Shown one piece after another: positions 53,114-63,093 of a stretch of 64,000 nt of DNA. Made by a program: the position numbers and the translations under genes. Numbering within the stretch: the stretch's first letter is position 1; each line of letters opens with the position of its first letter. The notes beneath the pieces were generated by a model, which did not search any database, was not told the origin of the DNA, and worked only from the letters and a program-made list of their open reading frames with translations. Source of the DNA: Parachlamydiales bacterium (GTDB lineage: Bacteria; Chlamydiota; Chlamydiia; Chlamydiales; SM23-39); assembly GCA_016931275.1 (NCBI GenBank), contig JAFGFA010000028.1, positions 7,333-71,332 of the forward strand. Direction: 5' to 3'.

Positions 53114-54474
53114 TTGAGACTCTAAAAAGGATTTTTGTTGTTCCCGATCTACGAAAAAAAATTATTTTTACATTGATGATGCTTGCAGTATGTCGTATTG
53201 GGGCTTTTGTGCCAGTACCAGGAATTGATGCGGAAATGGCTCTTTCTTTATTTCGCCAAGCGACCGGAGGTGGACAAAACCTTTTTCAATTAATGGATAT
53301 ATTTTCCGGAGGGGCTTTTGCCCAGATGACGGTGATTTCCCTTGGGGTGATGCCTTATATTTCTGCCTCTATTATTTTGCAGCTTGTAGTCGCTGTTTTT
53401 CCTGGGGTACAACGTGAAATGAGAGAAAATCCTGAATTAGGAAAGAAGAAAATTACTCGTTGGACGCGAATGGCTACCTTATTTTTAGCTATGATGCAAG
53501 CGGGGATTTATGCTCGTTATGCAATTGGCATGAATGCTTCTACTCCGGGTATTGTCCTTTCTGAGCTTTTATCATGGAGAATATTTGATATCCCTTGGTT
53601 ATTTTATGTCACAGTCATGTTAACCATGGCTACAGGAACTGTTTTTTTGATGTGGATAGGAGAGCAGATCACTGAAAAGGGTATTGGGAATGGGGTGAGT
53701 CTTATTATTACCATTGGTATTTTATCTTCTTTACCTGCGACGATTGGAACGATTATCAAACAACTGAATTTGGAATCTCAAGAACCGGGGCAGTTGACTT
53801 TCTCTTCTCTTATAGTATTGGCGGCTGTTTTTGTTCTTATCATCGTAGGAACTATTTTGATTATACAGGGACAGAGAAAAATACCTTTGCAATATGCCCG
53901 AAGGGTTGTTGGACGTCATGAGGTACAGGGAGGGAATTCTTATATTCCATTGAAAGTGAATTACGCAGGAGTTATTCCTGTTATTTTTGCTTCGTCTCTT
54001 TTGATGTTTCCTGCAACGATAGGCCAGATGATAGGTGGCGGAGGATTGTTATCGAAAATGTCTGTTTATCTTTCTCCGGGCAGTTGGGTGTATATGATTG
54101 TTTATGTCCTTCTAATCTTGTTTTTTACCTATTTTTGGACAGTTACTCAATTTCAACCGGAGCAGATAGCTTCAGACATGAAGAAAAATGGGGCGTTCAT
54201 TCCTGGGATTCGTCAAGGAAAACCTACTCAGGATTATTTGGACAGTACTATGAGTCGAATCACTTTTATTGGAGGATTTTCTCTAGCATTTATTGCTATT
54301 TTACCGACATTGGTGAGCAGGTTTCTTTCCGTTGACGCTCGTATTAGTTACTTTTTTGGAGGGACCTCATTATTAATTTTAGTCGGAGTGATTCTCGATA
54401 CTTCGAAGCAAATCGAATCTCATCTTTTGATGAAAAGGTATGAGGGTTTTATGAAAGCTAAAAAAAGATATTAA
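53110..54474 (+). CDS. secY: Preprotein translocase subunit SecY
   Basis: 454 aa, 10-TM. SecY-like motifs (FSGGAF...[16 protein letters not shown]). Operon position supports the call. Confidence 0.95.
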   Translation: MIETLKRIFVVPDLRKKIIFTLMMLAVCRIGAFVPVPGIDAEMALSLFRQATGGGQNLFQLMDIFSGGAFAQMTVISLGVMPYISASIILQLVVAVFPGVQREMRENPELGKKKITRWTRMATLFLAMMQAGIYARYAIGMNASTPGIVLSELLSWRIFDIPWLFYVTVMLTMATGTVFLMWIGEQITEKGIGNGVSLIITIGILSSLPATIGTIIKQLNLESQEPGQLTFSSLIVLAAVFVLIIVGTILIIQGQRKIPLQYARRVVGRHEVQGGNSYIPLKVNYAGVIPVIFASSLLMFPATIGQMIGGGGLLSKMSVYLSPGSWVYMIVYVLLILFFTYFWTVTQFQPEQIASDMKKNGAFIPGIRQGKPTQDYLDSTMSRITFIGGFSLAFIAILPTLVSRFLSVDARISYFFGGTSLLILVGVILDTSKQIESHLLMKRYEGFMKAKKRY

Positions 54475-54496
54475 TTAACAACGAAGGGAAAAAAAT

Positions 54497-54880
54497 ATGC
54501 CAAGGATCATTGGGGTAGATATACCAGATAATAAACGGTTAGAAATAGCTTTGACGTATATTTATGGCATTGGACGAAAAGTATCAAATGATATTTTGCA
54601 CAGATTACACCTGGATCCTAATTTACGTGCTAAAAAACTTACGGAAGAACAGATTGCACAAATTAGCGATCTTATTCAAAAAGAGTATATTGTGGAAGGA
54701 GATCTCCGAAGAGAGATTCAAAATAACATTAAGAGATTGCAAGCTATTAATACGTATCGCGGAACACGGCATCGTAAAGGTCTTCCTGCACGGGGACAAA
54801 GGACATCCTCGAATGCAAGGACCCGTAAAGGAAAAAAACGTCAACCGGTTGCGATAAAAAAAGCAGTATTAAAAAAATAG
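54497..54880 (+). CDS. rpsM: 30S ribosomal protein S13
   Basis: 127 aa with [10 protein letters not shown] and [17 protein letters not shown] motifs. It directly follows secY, with no adk/map/infA/rpmJ in between. Confidence 0.95.
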   Translation: MPRIIGVDIPDNKRLEIALTYIYGIGRKVSNDILHRLHLDPNLRAKKLTEEQIAQISDLIQKEYIVEGDLRREIQNNIKRLQAINTYRGTRHRKGLPARGQRTSSNARTRKGKKRQPVAIKKAVLKK

Positions 54881-54896
54881 ATAGAAGGAGTCACTA

Positions 54897-55307
54897 GTGG
54901 CGAAAGAAGCACCAAAAGGCAAAGAGACAACTGTTAAGAAGAGAAAAAAAATTACTCGAACAGTTCCTGTAGGAAGGGCTTTTGTAAAAGCGACATTTAA
55001 CAACACGTTGATTACGATTACGGATTTATCAGGTAATACTATTGCCTGGTCTTCTGCAGGAAGAGCAAATTTTTCTGGTTCACGAAAATCATCTGCTTTT
55101 GCAGCGACAGTAGCCGGTCAAGCAGCTGCCAAGGAAGCCCTTACTTATGGAATGAAGGAATGTGAAGTCACTTTAAAAGGACCGGGAGCAGGAAGAGAAT
55201 CTGCCGTGAGAGGATTGCAAAGTGGTGGGCTTGTTGTTACTTTAATTCGTGATAATACGCCGGTACCGCATAATGGATGTCGTCCTCGCAAGAGAAGAAG
55301 AGTATAA
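54897..55307 (+). CDS. rpsK: 30S ribosomal protein S11
   Basis: 136 aa with a GTG start and the [40 protein letters not shown] motifs. Confidence 0.95.
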   Translation: MAKEAPKGKETTVKKRKKITRTVPVGRAFVKATFNNTLITITDLSGNTIAWSSAGRANFSGSRKSSAFAATVAGQAAAKEALTYGMKECEVTLKGPGAGRESAVRGLQSGGLVVTLIRDNTPVPHNGCRPRKRRRV

Positions 55308-55329
55308 TAAAAAGTATTAGGAGAAAAAA

Positions 55330-56409
55330 ATGGCTGTAAAGTATGGCAAATTTGAGATGCCGAAGAAAATTAAAATTGAGGAGATAGGACCTCATAAGAT
55401 CCGATGTATTGCAGAACCCTTTGAGAGGGGATATGGCCATACGGTTGGTAATCTCATCCGTAGAATTATTCTTACTTCCTTGGAGGCTCCTGCAATTTTA
55501 TCTGTTCGCATAGAAGGAGTTTCTCACGAATATACTGCGATTGAAGGGATTATCGAAGATATGACGGTGATTTGTTTGAATTTGAAAGAAGCTCTTTTGC
55601 GCATGAAAAATATCGAAGATGAGACGCTCATGGAACCTCGTATTATTACGAAAACTCTTGAGATCACAACGGATCAGATTGCTAAAAACAAAGGTGCCTA
55701 TCAAGTGACGCTCGGAGATATTTTAGGAGAATCTCCATTTGAACTGGTCAATCCAGATTTTCCTGTGTTTACGGTGACAAAGCCATTGATTAAACAAATC
55801 GATTTGCGGATCGGAATTGGTCGGGGGTATGTTCCATCAGAGAGACATAACTTTGAGCCTAAGATGCATGAGATTGTACTAGATTCTATTTTTTCTCCAG
55901 TGCGGCTCGTGAATTATTTTGTGGAAAACACTCGTGTAGGCCAAGATACCGATTTTGATCGGTTGATTTTAGAGATCACAACGGATGGTCGGATTACTCC
56001 GAAAGAGGCGTTGAATTTCTCTATTGAAATAGGAAAGGCTCATTTGCAGGTATTTGATTCCTTGAAGAAACATGAAGTTGTATTTGATACCGGCGAGGTG
56101 ACCGCGAATAAGGAAAAAGAAGAGATTTTAGAGAAGCTTGCCTTAAAAATTAATGAAATTGAACTTTCTGTGCGTTCTACGAATTGTCTTGCGGGAGCGA
56201 ATATCACGACTATTGGAGAACTAGTAGTTATGCCTGAATCTGAAATGCTTCGGTTCCGTAATTTCGGTAAAAAATCATTATCTGAAATCAAAGAAAAATT
56301 GGCCGAGATGGGACTGAGCTTAGGAATGGATCTGAGCAAATACGGTATTAATCGGGGAAATATACAAGCTATCATAGAAAAATATTTGCAGGAAAAAGTG
56401 GAGAAGTAG
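55330..56409 (+). CDS. rpoA: DNA-directed RNA polymerase alpha subunit
   Basis: 359 aa. N-terminal domain ([19 protein letters not shown]) and C-terminal domain (LSVRSTNCL...IGEL, NFGKKSL). Confidence 0.95.
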   Translation: MAVKYGKFEMPKKIKIEEIGPHKIRCIAEPFERGYGHTVGNLIRRIILTSLEAPAILSVRIEGVSHEYTAIEGIIEDMTVICLNLKEALLRMKNIEDETLMEPRIITKTLEITTDQIAKNKGAYQVTLGDILGESPFELVNPDFPVFTVTKPLIKQIDLRIGIGRGYVPSERHNFEPKMHEIVLDSIFSPVRLVNYFVENTRVGQDTDFDRLILEITTDGRITPKEALNFSIEIGKAHLQVFDSLKKHEVVFDTGEVTANKEKEEILEKLALKINEIELSVRSTNCLAGANITTIGELVVMPESEMLRFRNFGKKSLSEIKEKLAEMGLSLGMDLSKYGINRGNIQAIIEKYLQEKVEK

Positions 56410-56414
56410 TTGTT

Positions 56415-56858
56415 ATGAGACACAGAAAGCATACTTTTAAAGTGGGAAGAGATAGTTCTCATCGACGCTGTCTTATTGCTAATTTATTAAAAGATTTAGT
56501 ATTGCATGAGCGTATTGAGACAACGGTACCTAAAGCCAAAGAATTACGTCGGTATGCAGATCGGTTGATTACTTTAGCCAAAAAACACACTTTAGCGAGT
56601 CAACGAAGAGCGAAAGCTATGATGATGATACGATTTAATCCTTTGACTTCTAAAGAAAAACGAAAAGCAAAAGAAGGTAATACGGCTGCATATAATTCTG
56701 ACCGTTTAGCCCTTGGAAAACTATTCGATCAGTTAGGTAAGCGTTTTCTGAACAGACAAGGGGGATATACGCGGATCATAAAAAAAGAATTGCGTATCGG
56801 AGATCATGCTTCAAAATGCATTATCGAATATCTCAAACCGGAAGAGAATAAAGCCTAA
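56415..56858 (+). CDS. rplQ: 50S ribosomal protein L17
   Basis: 147 aa with [18 protein letters not shown] and GGYTRI motifs. Confidence 0.93.
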   Translation: MRHRKHTFKVGRDSSHRRCLIANLLKDLVLHERIETTVPKAKELRRYADRLITLAKKHTLASQRRAKAMMMIRFNPLTSKEKRKAKEGNTAAYNSDRLALGKLFDQLGKRFLNRQGGYTRIIKKELRIGDHASKCIIEYLKPEENKA

Positions 56859-56937
56859 CATCGTAGTAAAACGTTTCTTTACATTCTTTTTTTCCTTAAG
56901 TATGATGAAATGAAAATGATGGTGATCGGAGGATATA

Positions 56938-57948
56938 ATGAAAAAAATTAAAATAGCTATTAATGGTTTTGGAAGGATCGGAAGATTAGTATACCGCATA
57001 GCTCATGGAAAAGAAAATATTGATATTGTTGCGATTAACGACTTGGTCCCTCCAGACAATCTCGCCTATCTTTTAAAATATGATTCTGTGCATCGTCCTT
57101 ATGAAAAAGAGGTCAGAAGCGATGCGGACGGCATTATTGTCGATGGTAAAAAGACAAAAATGTTTGCGGAAAAAGATCCGACAAAATTACCTTGGAAAGA
57201 TCTTGGTGTCGATTATGTCATTGAATGTACCGGTATATTCCGCTCTAAAGAAGGGGCTGAAAAGCATTTAACGGCAGGAGCCAAAAGAGTCATCATTTCC
57301 GCGCCGGGAAAAGATAGTATGACGACGATTGTCATGGGCGTCAATGAACACATATTCAATCCCGACAAGGATAAAGTAGTTAGCAATGCTTCTTGCACCA
57401 CCAACTGTCTAGCGCCTATTACGAAAGTTCTTCTTGATAATTTTGGAATTGTTGAGGGATTGATGACGACGATTCATGCAGCGACCGCTTCTCAACCAAC
57501 CGTTGACGGCCCTTCTAAAAAAGATTTTCGTGGAGGAAGAAGCGCTATGGGAAATATCATTCCAGCCTCTACAGGAGCCGCGAAAGCTGTGGCTAAGTGT
57601 ATTCCGGAAGTAGAAGGAAAATTAACGGGGATGGCCTTTCGGGTTCCTGTGTTAGATGTTTCTGTGGTGGATTTAACGGTTCGTTTAGCCAAAGATACGA
57701 CTTATGAAGAAATCTGCCAGGCAATGAAAATGGCATCACAAAAGTCTATGAAAGGTATTTTGCATTATTGCGAAGATGAAGTAGTCTCTTCTGATTTTTA
57801 TAGCAGTTCCTACTCGTCTATTTTTGATAAACTTGCAGGAATCGCTTTAAATTCGCGCTTTTATAAATTAGTCGCATGGTATGACAATGAGATGGGCTAT
57901 TCTCAACGAATTGTCGATTTAATAGAGTATATAGCTTCAAAAGAATAA
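56938..57948 (+). CDS. gapA: Glyceraldehyde-3-phosphate dehydrogenase
   Basis: 336 aa with INGFGRIGR, the active-site [12 protein letters not shown], and WYDNEMGYS. Confidence 0.97.
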   Translation: MKKIKIAINGFGRIGRLVYRIAHGKENIDIVAINDLVPPDNLAYLLKYDSVHRPYEKEVRSDADGIIVDGKKTKMFAEKDPTKLPWKDLGVDYVIECTGIFRSKEGAEKHLTAGAKRVIISAPGKDSMTTIVMGVNEHIFNPDKDKVVSNASCTTNCLAPITKVLLDNFGIVEGLMTTIHAATASQPTVDGPSKKDFRGGRSAMGNIIPASTGAAKAVAKCIPEVEGKLTGMAFRVPVLDVSVVDLTVRLAKDTTYEEICQAMKMASQKSMKGILHYCEDEVVSSDFYSSSYSSIFDKLAGIALNSRFYKLVAWYDNEMGYSQRIVDLIEYIASKE

Positions 57949-57961
57949 ACCCAGGGATACA

Positions 57962-58492
57962 ATGCATTTTACTCGAGATCCTATTATAGAGACCATTATT
58001 ACTCCTAAGGAAGGAAATGCCTTATTGGTCCGCAACTCTAAAAATCCTTCTCAAGATGATTATTTAGTCGATTGCGTGGAACTGGTTAATTTTGGCGGAG
58101 GAATTTTTTTTCGTTCCTTAGAAAAACCGAAGTCTTTTTTGCTTCCCGTCACCGATTATGAAGTGGTGGAAGTGAAAGAGGCAAAAATGGTGCTTAAAAA
58201 TGCCGTTATGGAAAAATCGATAAAGATCGGTGGCGGAAAGCAGCAAGAAAAGATGCCGAAAAAATCGAAAAGGCGTAAGAATGAAAAGAGCGCAGTCTCT
58301 ATAAACAATGAGGAAGGGCAGGAAGCTCCCGCTATTACCAGGAAATTAATTCCCCCTCCTACCACATTGATTAAGCAAAAGATCGTCCCTGTAAAAAATC
58401 CTGAATCCATCGAGGAGAATGCTCTTCCCGAAGAAGTGGTTGTAGAAAGACAACAAGAAGCTTCAGAAAAAATCGAAGAAAGGGTAGAGTAA
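57962..58492 (+). CDS. Hypothetical protein: compact N-terminal domain plus a Lys/Glu-rich disordered tail
   Basis: 176-aa ORF 13 nt after gapA on the same strand. It sits where I recall a conserved hypothetical gene downstream of gapA in Chlamydia. No motif recognised. Confidence 0.5.
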   Translation: MHFTRDPIIETIITPKEGNALLVRNSKNPSQDDYLVDCVELVNFGGGIFFRSLEKPKSFLLPVTDYEVVEVKEAKMVLKNAVMEKSIKIGGGKQQEKMPKKSKRRKNEKSAVSINNEEGQEAPAITRKLIPPPTTLIKQKIVPVKNPESIEENALPEEVVVERQQEASEKIEERVE

Positions 58493-58501
58493 TATACTTC
58501 T

Positions 58502-58584
<83 letters not shown>

Positions 58585-58735
58585 TCTATCTATAATGTTC
58601 ATAAGCTATGACTGGCCTTGGCGATGTTCGGCGGTTGATCATCTTCTAGCATATTTTTGATACACTTACAACATATAGTAATGTTGCTATCCCAAAAAGA
58701 ACTGGGACAATTAGAAATAAAAATGAAAATTAATT

Positions 58736-58942
58736 CTAAACTTTTGCTAACAAAGGATTGATTTTAGTTAGTAACTGTTCAATTGTCTCTTTTTGTTCTA
58801 GGATTCCCGCAAAAAAAAGTTCGTTTAGTTTTTGTCGACAAAGTATTGTAAGCGCATTTTGAAAGGGCAAGTTATTTTCAGTTTCTGTAATTGTTGCAAG
58901 CAATCCATTAAAATCACCGTTAAAATTTATGGAAAGGCTCAT
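58736..58942 (-). CDS. Possible small protein (68 aa), unknown function
   Basis: ORF downstream of dnaJ on the same strand, with AGGAAA about 7 nt upstream of the ATG. No homology is recognisable and it may be spurious. Confidence 0.3.
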   Translation of the reverse strand: MSLSINFNGDFNGLLATITETENNLPFQNALTILCRQKLNELFFAGILEQKETIEQLLTKINPLLAKV

Positions 58943-59023
58943 TTTTATTTTCCTGGTTCAAATGTCCATAATTATGACGATTTTTCGAAAATGAATCTAG
59001 GATTGATTTCCTTGTGAGGACTT

Positions 59024-60163
59024 TTATGTAGAAAAGAAATCCTTTACTTTATCAAAAAACCCTTTTTTCCTTGGATGATTAGCAGGTGTTTCCAGATCGG
59101 CAAATGTTTTTAGAATTTCTTTTTGTTTTGCAGAGAGCTTTACAGGGGTTTCTACTTGAATACGGATTAAAAGATCTCCAATACCGCGCCCATGGACATT
59201 GGGAAAACCCTTACCTTTTACTCGAAAGATCTTGTCTGTTTGCGTGCCTTCTGGAATAGAGACCCTGCAAGTGTTTTCATGGGGTGTGGGGACATCTTTT
59301 TTACATCCAAGAGCGGCTTCAGAGAATGAAAGGGGCAGGTCAATATAGACATCATCTCCTTCTCGTTTAAAAGTATCGTGCGGTTGTACGGTGACAAAGA
59401 CGTAAAGATCCCCGGCTGCTCCGCCACCTTCTCCAGCATCGCCAAAACCTTTCATTTTTATCTGCATATCGTTGTCGATTCCAGGAGGAATATGCACTGT
59501 GACATGCTGTTTTTTTCGAACTTTTCCGGAGCCGTAACAAGAGGGGCAAGGATCGGTGATAATTTCTCCCCGGCCATGACAGGAAGGACAGGTGCTGGAC
59601 ATACTAAAAAAACCGCGAGTTTGAAATACTTGTCCTTGTCCATGACAGGTAGTACATTTTTGTATAGATTTTGGAGAAGCAGCTCCTGTTCCATGGCATT
59701 GTGAACAGGTGACAGTATTCATAACGGCTAATTCTTTATCAACCCCTTTGACTGCTTCCTCGAAAGAGATCGTAATGGAAACTTTTTTATGAGCCCCTTG
59801 ATGCATTCCATGGCCTTCTTCAAAGCCGAAGAAAGAATCAAATATGGATCCTCCTCCGCCACCGCCGCCAAAAGCACCCATAAAAGTCCTAAGAGCTTCT
59901 TCCATAGAGGAAAAACCTCCTCCGGAAGCTCCCATGCCGGCTCCTTTTAACCCTTCTTCTCCATATTGATCGTAGATCTTTCTTTTGTTGTCATCACTGA
60001 GAGTTTCATAGGCTTCAGAGACTTTTTTAAATTGATCTGCCGAAGAGGGATCATTTTGGTTGCGATCAGGATGATATTTTAACGCCAGTTTGCGATAAGC
60101 CTTTTTGATTTCTTCGGAAGTGGCGTTACGGGATACTCCTAAAACTTGATAATAATCAGCCAT
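59024..60163 (-). CDS. dnaJ: Molecular chaperone DnaJ
   Basis: 379 aa with a J domain (DYYQVLGV...YHPDRN), a G/F-rich linker and four CxxCxGxG zinc-finger repeats ([32 protein letters not shown]). Confidence 0.97.
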   Translation of the reverse strand: MADYYQVLGVSRNATSEEIKKAYRKLALKYHPDRNQNDPSSADQFKKVSEAYETLSDDNKRKIYDQYGEEGLKGAGMGASGGGFSSMEEALRTFMGAFGGGGGGGSIFDSFFGFEEGHGMHQGAHKKVSITISFEEAVKGVDKELAVMNTVTCSQCHGTGAASPKSIQKCTTCHGQGQVFQTRGFFSMSSTCPSCHGRGEIITDPCPSCYGSGKVRKKQHVTVHIPPGIDNDMQIKMKGFGDAGEGGGAAGDLYVFVTVQPHDTFKREGDDVYIDLPLSFSEAALGCKKDVPTPHENTCRVSIPEGTQTDKIFRVKGKGFPNVHGRGIGDLLIRIQVETPVKLSAKQKEILKTFADLETPANHPRKKGFFDKVKDFFST

Positions 60164-60189
60164 ATATACTTCGATTTTTTGCTACTAAA

Positions 60190-60218
60190 AATATACCATA
60201 CTTTTAGAAAATCAGCAA
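60190..60218 (-). promoter_or_regulatory. Candidate promoter of dnaJ
   Basis: Minus strand reads TTGCTG, a 17-nt spacer, then TATATT. The -10 box ends 26 nt upstream of the dnaJ ATG. The promoter lies immediately downstream of the CIRCE-like repeat. Confidence 0.35.
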
Positions 60219-60225
60219 AGGAAAA

Positions 60226-60252
60226 TTAGCACCAAAAAACGACGAGTGCTAA
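60226..60252. promoter_or_regulatory. CIRCE-like inverted repeat (HrcA operator) upstream of dnaJ
   Basis: TTAGCACCA-aaaaacgac-GAGTGCTAA against the consensus TTAGCACTC-N9-GAGTGCTAA. The right arm is perfect, the left arm matches 7/9, and the 9-nt spacer is exact. It overlaps the rpsU stop codon and lies 62 nt upstream of the dnaJ ATG. Confidence 0.7.
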
Positions 60253-60446
60253 TAGAATTTTTTTCGCAGCACTGTTTTGAGTCTTTTTCGAGCTGCCTTA
60301 GATTTTGCGCGATCCCTTACAGAAGGTTTATCGTAGAATCGATGAGCTTTTGCTGCTTTCATAATCCCTTCTTTATCCACTTTTTTCTTTAAAGCTCGAA
60401 GGGCTTTATCAATAGGTTCTCCAATACGAACTTTTATAAATGTCAT
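60249..60446 (-). CDS. rpsU: 30S ribosomal protein S21
   Basis: 65 aa, very basic, with [17 protein letters not shown] and [10 protein letters not shown] motifs of S21. Confidence 0.92.
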   Translation of the reverse strand: MTFIKVRIGEPIDKALRALKKKVDKEGIMKAAKAHRFYDKPSVRDRAKSKAARKRLKTVLRKKFY

Positions 60447-60568
60447 TAGTGTATCACTCCAATATTAAACAAAAACAAAATGGTATATGAAGAGGGATTT
60501 TCTCTGCAATAGAAGAGAAAAAAAAACTTTTTTGTAGTGGCAAAAAATGGTAAATATTTTTTTATCAC

Positions 60569-62278
60569 CTAATCTTCTTGGGAGGGGCTAAGATATTGGA
60601 TCGTCAGTTGCATTATTTCTATAAAAGATTTTCCCTCTTGGGCAAAGATTTGTTCGTAGAGATCGTTGTTTGCAACAGTATTAAAGAAGCGACAGATGTC
60701 TTGGATCACTAAAAATGTTTTAGAGAGCATTTTTTTCTTCATTTCGGTGAAACGGAGATTGCGGGCCATGATTTCTTGGTCAGATCGAAATATTTTTTGA
60801 TAGACTTTTTGGATTTTTTCTGCAGAGAAGTTGTTTTGATGATGTAAAAATGCGTATAAAAGAGAAAGGGGGTTGAAAAGGAGATAGCGCAGCTTTTCTT
60901 TTCGACCTAAAAGACCAATATATTTTTTAAGAATATCCGGATAAGCTTGTTGTAGTTGTTCTTCTAGAGAACATAATTCTTCGAAATTGAGACCCTTTTC
61001 TAAAGAGGGATTGATGCTGGCTAGGGTATACAATATTTTGGATCGTAAATTGAAGATTTTAGAGGTTATTGTGAGAAATTCTTGAAGGAGAGGATTTTCA
61101 AATCTTTTATGAATAGAGATTAAGCGGCTAAGATAGTTCTTGAGACGTTCTTTTCCGAGCTCTTGATAAGTGATGCCCATGACTATTTTTATCTGGTAAG
61201 GAGCGTGATAGTTATATAGGAGTTCTTCTTGGGCCGGTATTGGTTCTACAGCATGAAAGGCCACGGTTTCAAAAAGAGAAGACCAGAAAAATGGGATTCT
61301 AGTTACATTTGGAAATCCATGATTGATCATTCCTCCAAGACCTCGATATTTTTGGGCGTTGAGAAATGTTCTATTGGCGATAGTCGTAATATAAGGATTG
61401 AGATTTTCTGGAAGGGTGTTTTCTTCTTTGCCTTCATAAAGGCATAGTATTCTTCCTTGGGAAATAGCCTGAATGGCTGTAACACCATAATGTCCCTGTA
61501 ATTGGGGATGGGAAAAAAGAGCAATCGTTTCTGGCACTGTTTGTAGAAAAGGAGAAGAATGGTATTGCGTAAAGGAGGAGAATAGGGCGGTTTCTAAAAT
61601 AAAAGGAAAAGAGAAAGATCCTATATTCGAGCTCCATTTTTCGCGAAGTCTTTGTCGGTTGAAAACGACAGTTGTGACAAAAGAGGCGTTTGTCATGTGT
61701 TTGAAGTCTTCTGAAGTTTTTTGGATGCAGTCGCTCTCATTTGTCATAAAGGAAAAATTGTGAGGAGGAACGGAAGTAATTAGGATTAAATCGCGCGCGG
61801 TCATATTCCAGGCATTTTTTTGATTTATAAAAGAATCTAAAGGAGAAAGAGGGAATATTTGTTCAGAAAATGTTCGAAAAAATTGCAGGGCTTCTTGATA
61901 TCTATTCGAGGAATGAAGTGCTGCAAGATGCAGAAAAGTTTCACCTGATGAGGTTGTATTTGAGAGCTGTTGTTGAATTTGAAGAAGAGATTCCTGCGAG
62001 GCGCTTTGTAGGGCATTGTTCATTATGGAGGTTATTCTTGGAAGAAAATTGTCGCAATCCACAAGGAAAACCGCTTGAAGAGAAGAAATTTTTCTGGGCG
62101 AAATAAAGTGCAAACATCGCAGATCCAATTTTCCTGCAGGAGCGATCCAGGATAAAACTTTGCCCGGTAGCAAGAAAGGGCTCGTGCGCATGATTTCTTC
62201 AAGATTTGTAACTGAAAAAGGGGGATTGGAAAAGAGGGCTGTCGTGTTTTGTGGAGAAGAGATTTTTGAAATAGTCAT
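60569..62278 (-). CDS. SET-domain protein with an ankyrin-like repeat (candidate secreted lysine methyltransferase effector)
   Basis: 569 aa. Ankyrin-like GETFLHLAALHSSNRYQEALQFF...NAWNMTARDLI near residue 110. SET core HYGVTAIQAISQGRILCLYEGKEE...FLNAQKYRGLGGMINHGFPNV...AQEELLYNYH matches the GxG...YxG, NHSxxPN and ELxxxY motifs. The helical C-terminal region is unassigned. Confidence 0.6.
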   Translation of the reverse strand: MTISKISSPQNTTALFSNPPFSVTNLEEIMRTSPFLLPGKVLSWIAPAGKLDLRCLHFISPRKISSLQAVFLVDCDNFLPRITSIMNNALQSASQESLLQIQQQLSNTTSSGETFLHLAALHSSNRYQEALQFFRTFSEQIFPLSPLDSFINQKNAWNMTARDLILITSVPPHNFSFMTNESDCIQKTSEDFKHMTNASFVTTVVFNRQRLREKWSSNIGSFSFPFILETALFSSFTQYHSSPFLQTVPETIALFSHPQLQGHYGVTAIQAISQGRILCLYEGKEENTLPENLNPYITTIANRTFLNAQKYRGLGGMINHGFPNVTRIPFFWSSLFETVAFHAVEPIPAQEELLYNYHAPYQIKIVMGITYQELGKERLKNYLSRLISIHKRFENPLLQEFLTITSKIFNLRSKILYTLASINPSLEKGLNFEELCSLEEQLQQAYPDILKKYIGLLGRKEKLRYLLFNPLSLLYAFLHHQNNFSAEKIQKVYQKIFRSDQEIMARNLRFTEMKKKMLSKTFLVIQDICRFFNTVANNDLYEQIFAQEGKSFIEIMQLTIQYLSPSQED

Positions 62279-62348
62279 ATTTTTAAAAAAGAAAAAAATA
62301 CCATAAGAAGGATATTTATTGAAAGCATTGGTGAAGTTTTAGAGAAGT

Positions 62349-62972
62349 CTAGAGGTCTTTTAAATAAAGAATTTTAGGATTTTCAGAAGAAAAATCTTTT
62401 TGAAGGTATTTGTTCCAGGCGATTTCCAGGAGTCTTTTTTCTCTTTTATAGGGAGGAATAAACGAGATCTTCGGAAATAGTTCTGATAGGATACCGTAAT
62501 CCGGAGAGACTCTATAATCAGGCTTGGGAAGAATAGAGAGACTGTCCTGCAGGGAAATTTTTTGCGGAGAAGAAGTATAAGCAATAGTTTTTCGTTTTTC
62601 TCCCAGCAGATAATATAGGCCGCCGCTATTTGCATAGCTTATAGCGCAAAATAACCCCTCTTTTTCGGGAACAAAACCTTCTAGAGAGGAGAATGTGATG
62701 AACGGAATGTTTAAACCAAACACAAATGCTTGCGCAATCGACACGCCTGATCGGATTCCCGTATAAGAGCCGGGTCCTATTGAGACGGCGATATAGACAA
62801 GATGCGATATATCGAGAGATTGAGAGCGTAAAAGGAGTGCTATTTCTCGAAATAAATGATGAGAGACTTTTGTGTGGTCTTCAAAATTTTTAATCGCCAA
62901 AACCTTATCTTCTTGCCCTAAGGCAATCAAGGATTGGGACGAGGAGGTGTCTATAATTAAAGAATATACCAT
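62349..62972 (-). CDS. tsaB: tRNA threonylcarbamoyladenosine biosynthesis protein TsaB (YeaZ-like)
   Basis: 207 aa with the LIIDTSSS N-terminus and GPGSYTGIRSGVSIAQ, typical of the inactive glycoprotease paralog TsaB. Confidence 0.8.
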   Translation of the reverse strand: MVYSLIIDTSSSQSLIALGQEDKVLAIKNFEDHTKVSHHLFREIALLLRSQSLDISHLVYIAVSIGPGSYTGIRSGVSIAQAFVFGLNIPFITFSSLEGFVPEKEGLFCAISYANSGGLYYLLGEKRKTIAYTSSPQKISLQDSLSILPKPDYRVSPDYGILSELFPKISFIPPYKREKRLLEIAWNKYLQKDFSSENPKILYLKDL

Positions 62973-63093
62973 AGCGCTTTAAAAAAACTGATAAATAGGG
63001 TATGAAAAAGGATAACATAAACATGAGTTGGATGTCTAGTTGCATTATAAATCGTAACTTGATAAATTTAAGTGTTTTACTGTGAGGGGTCTT

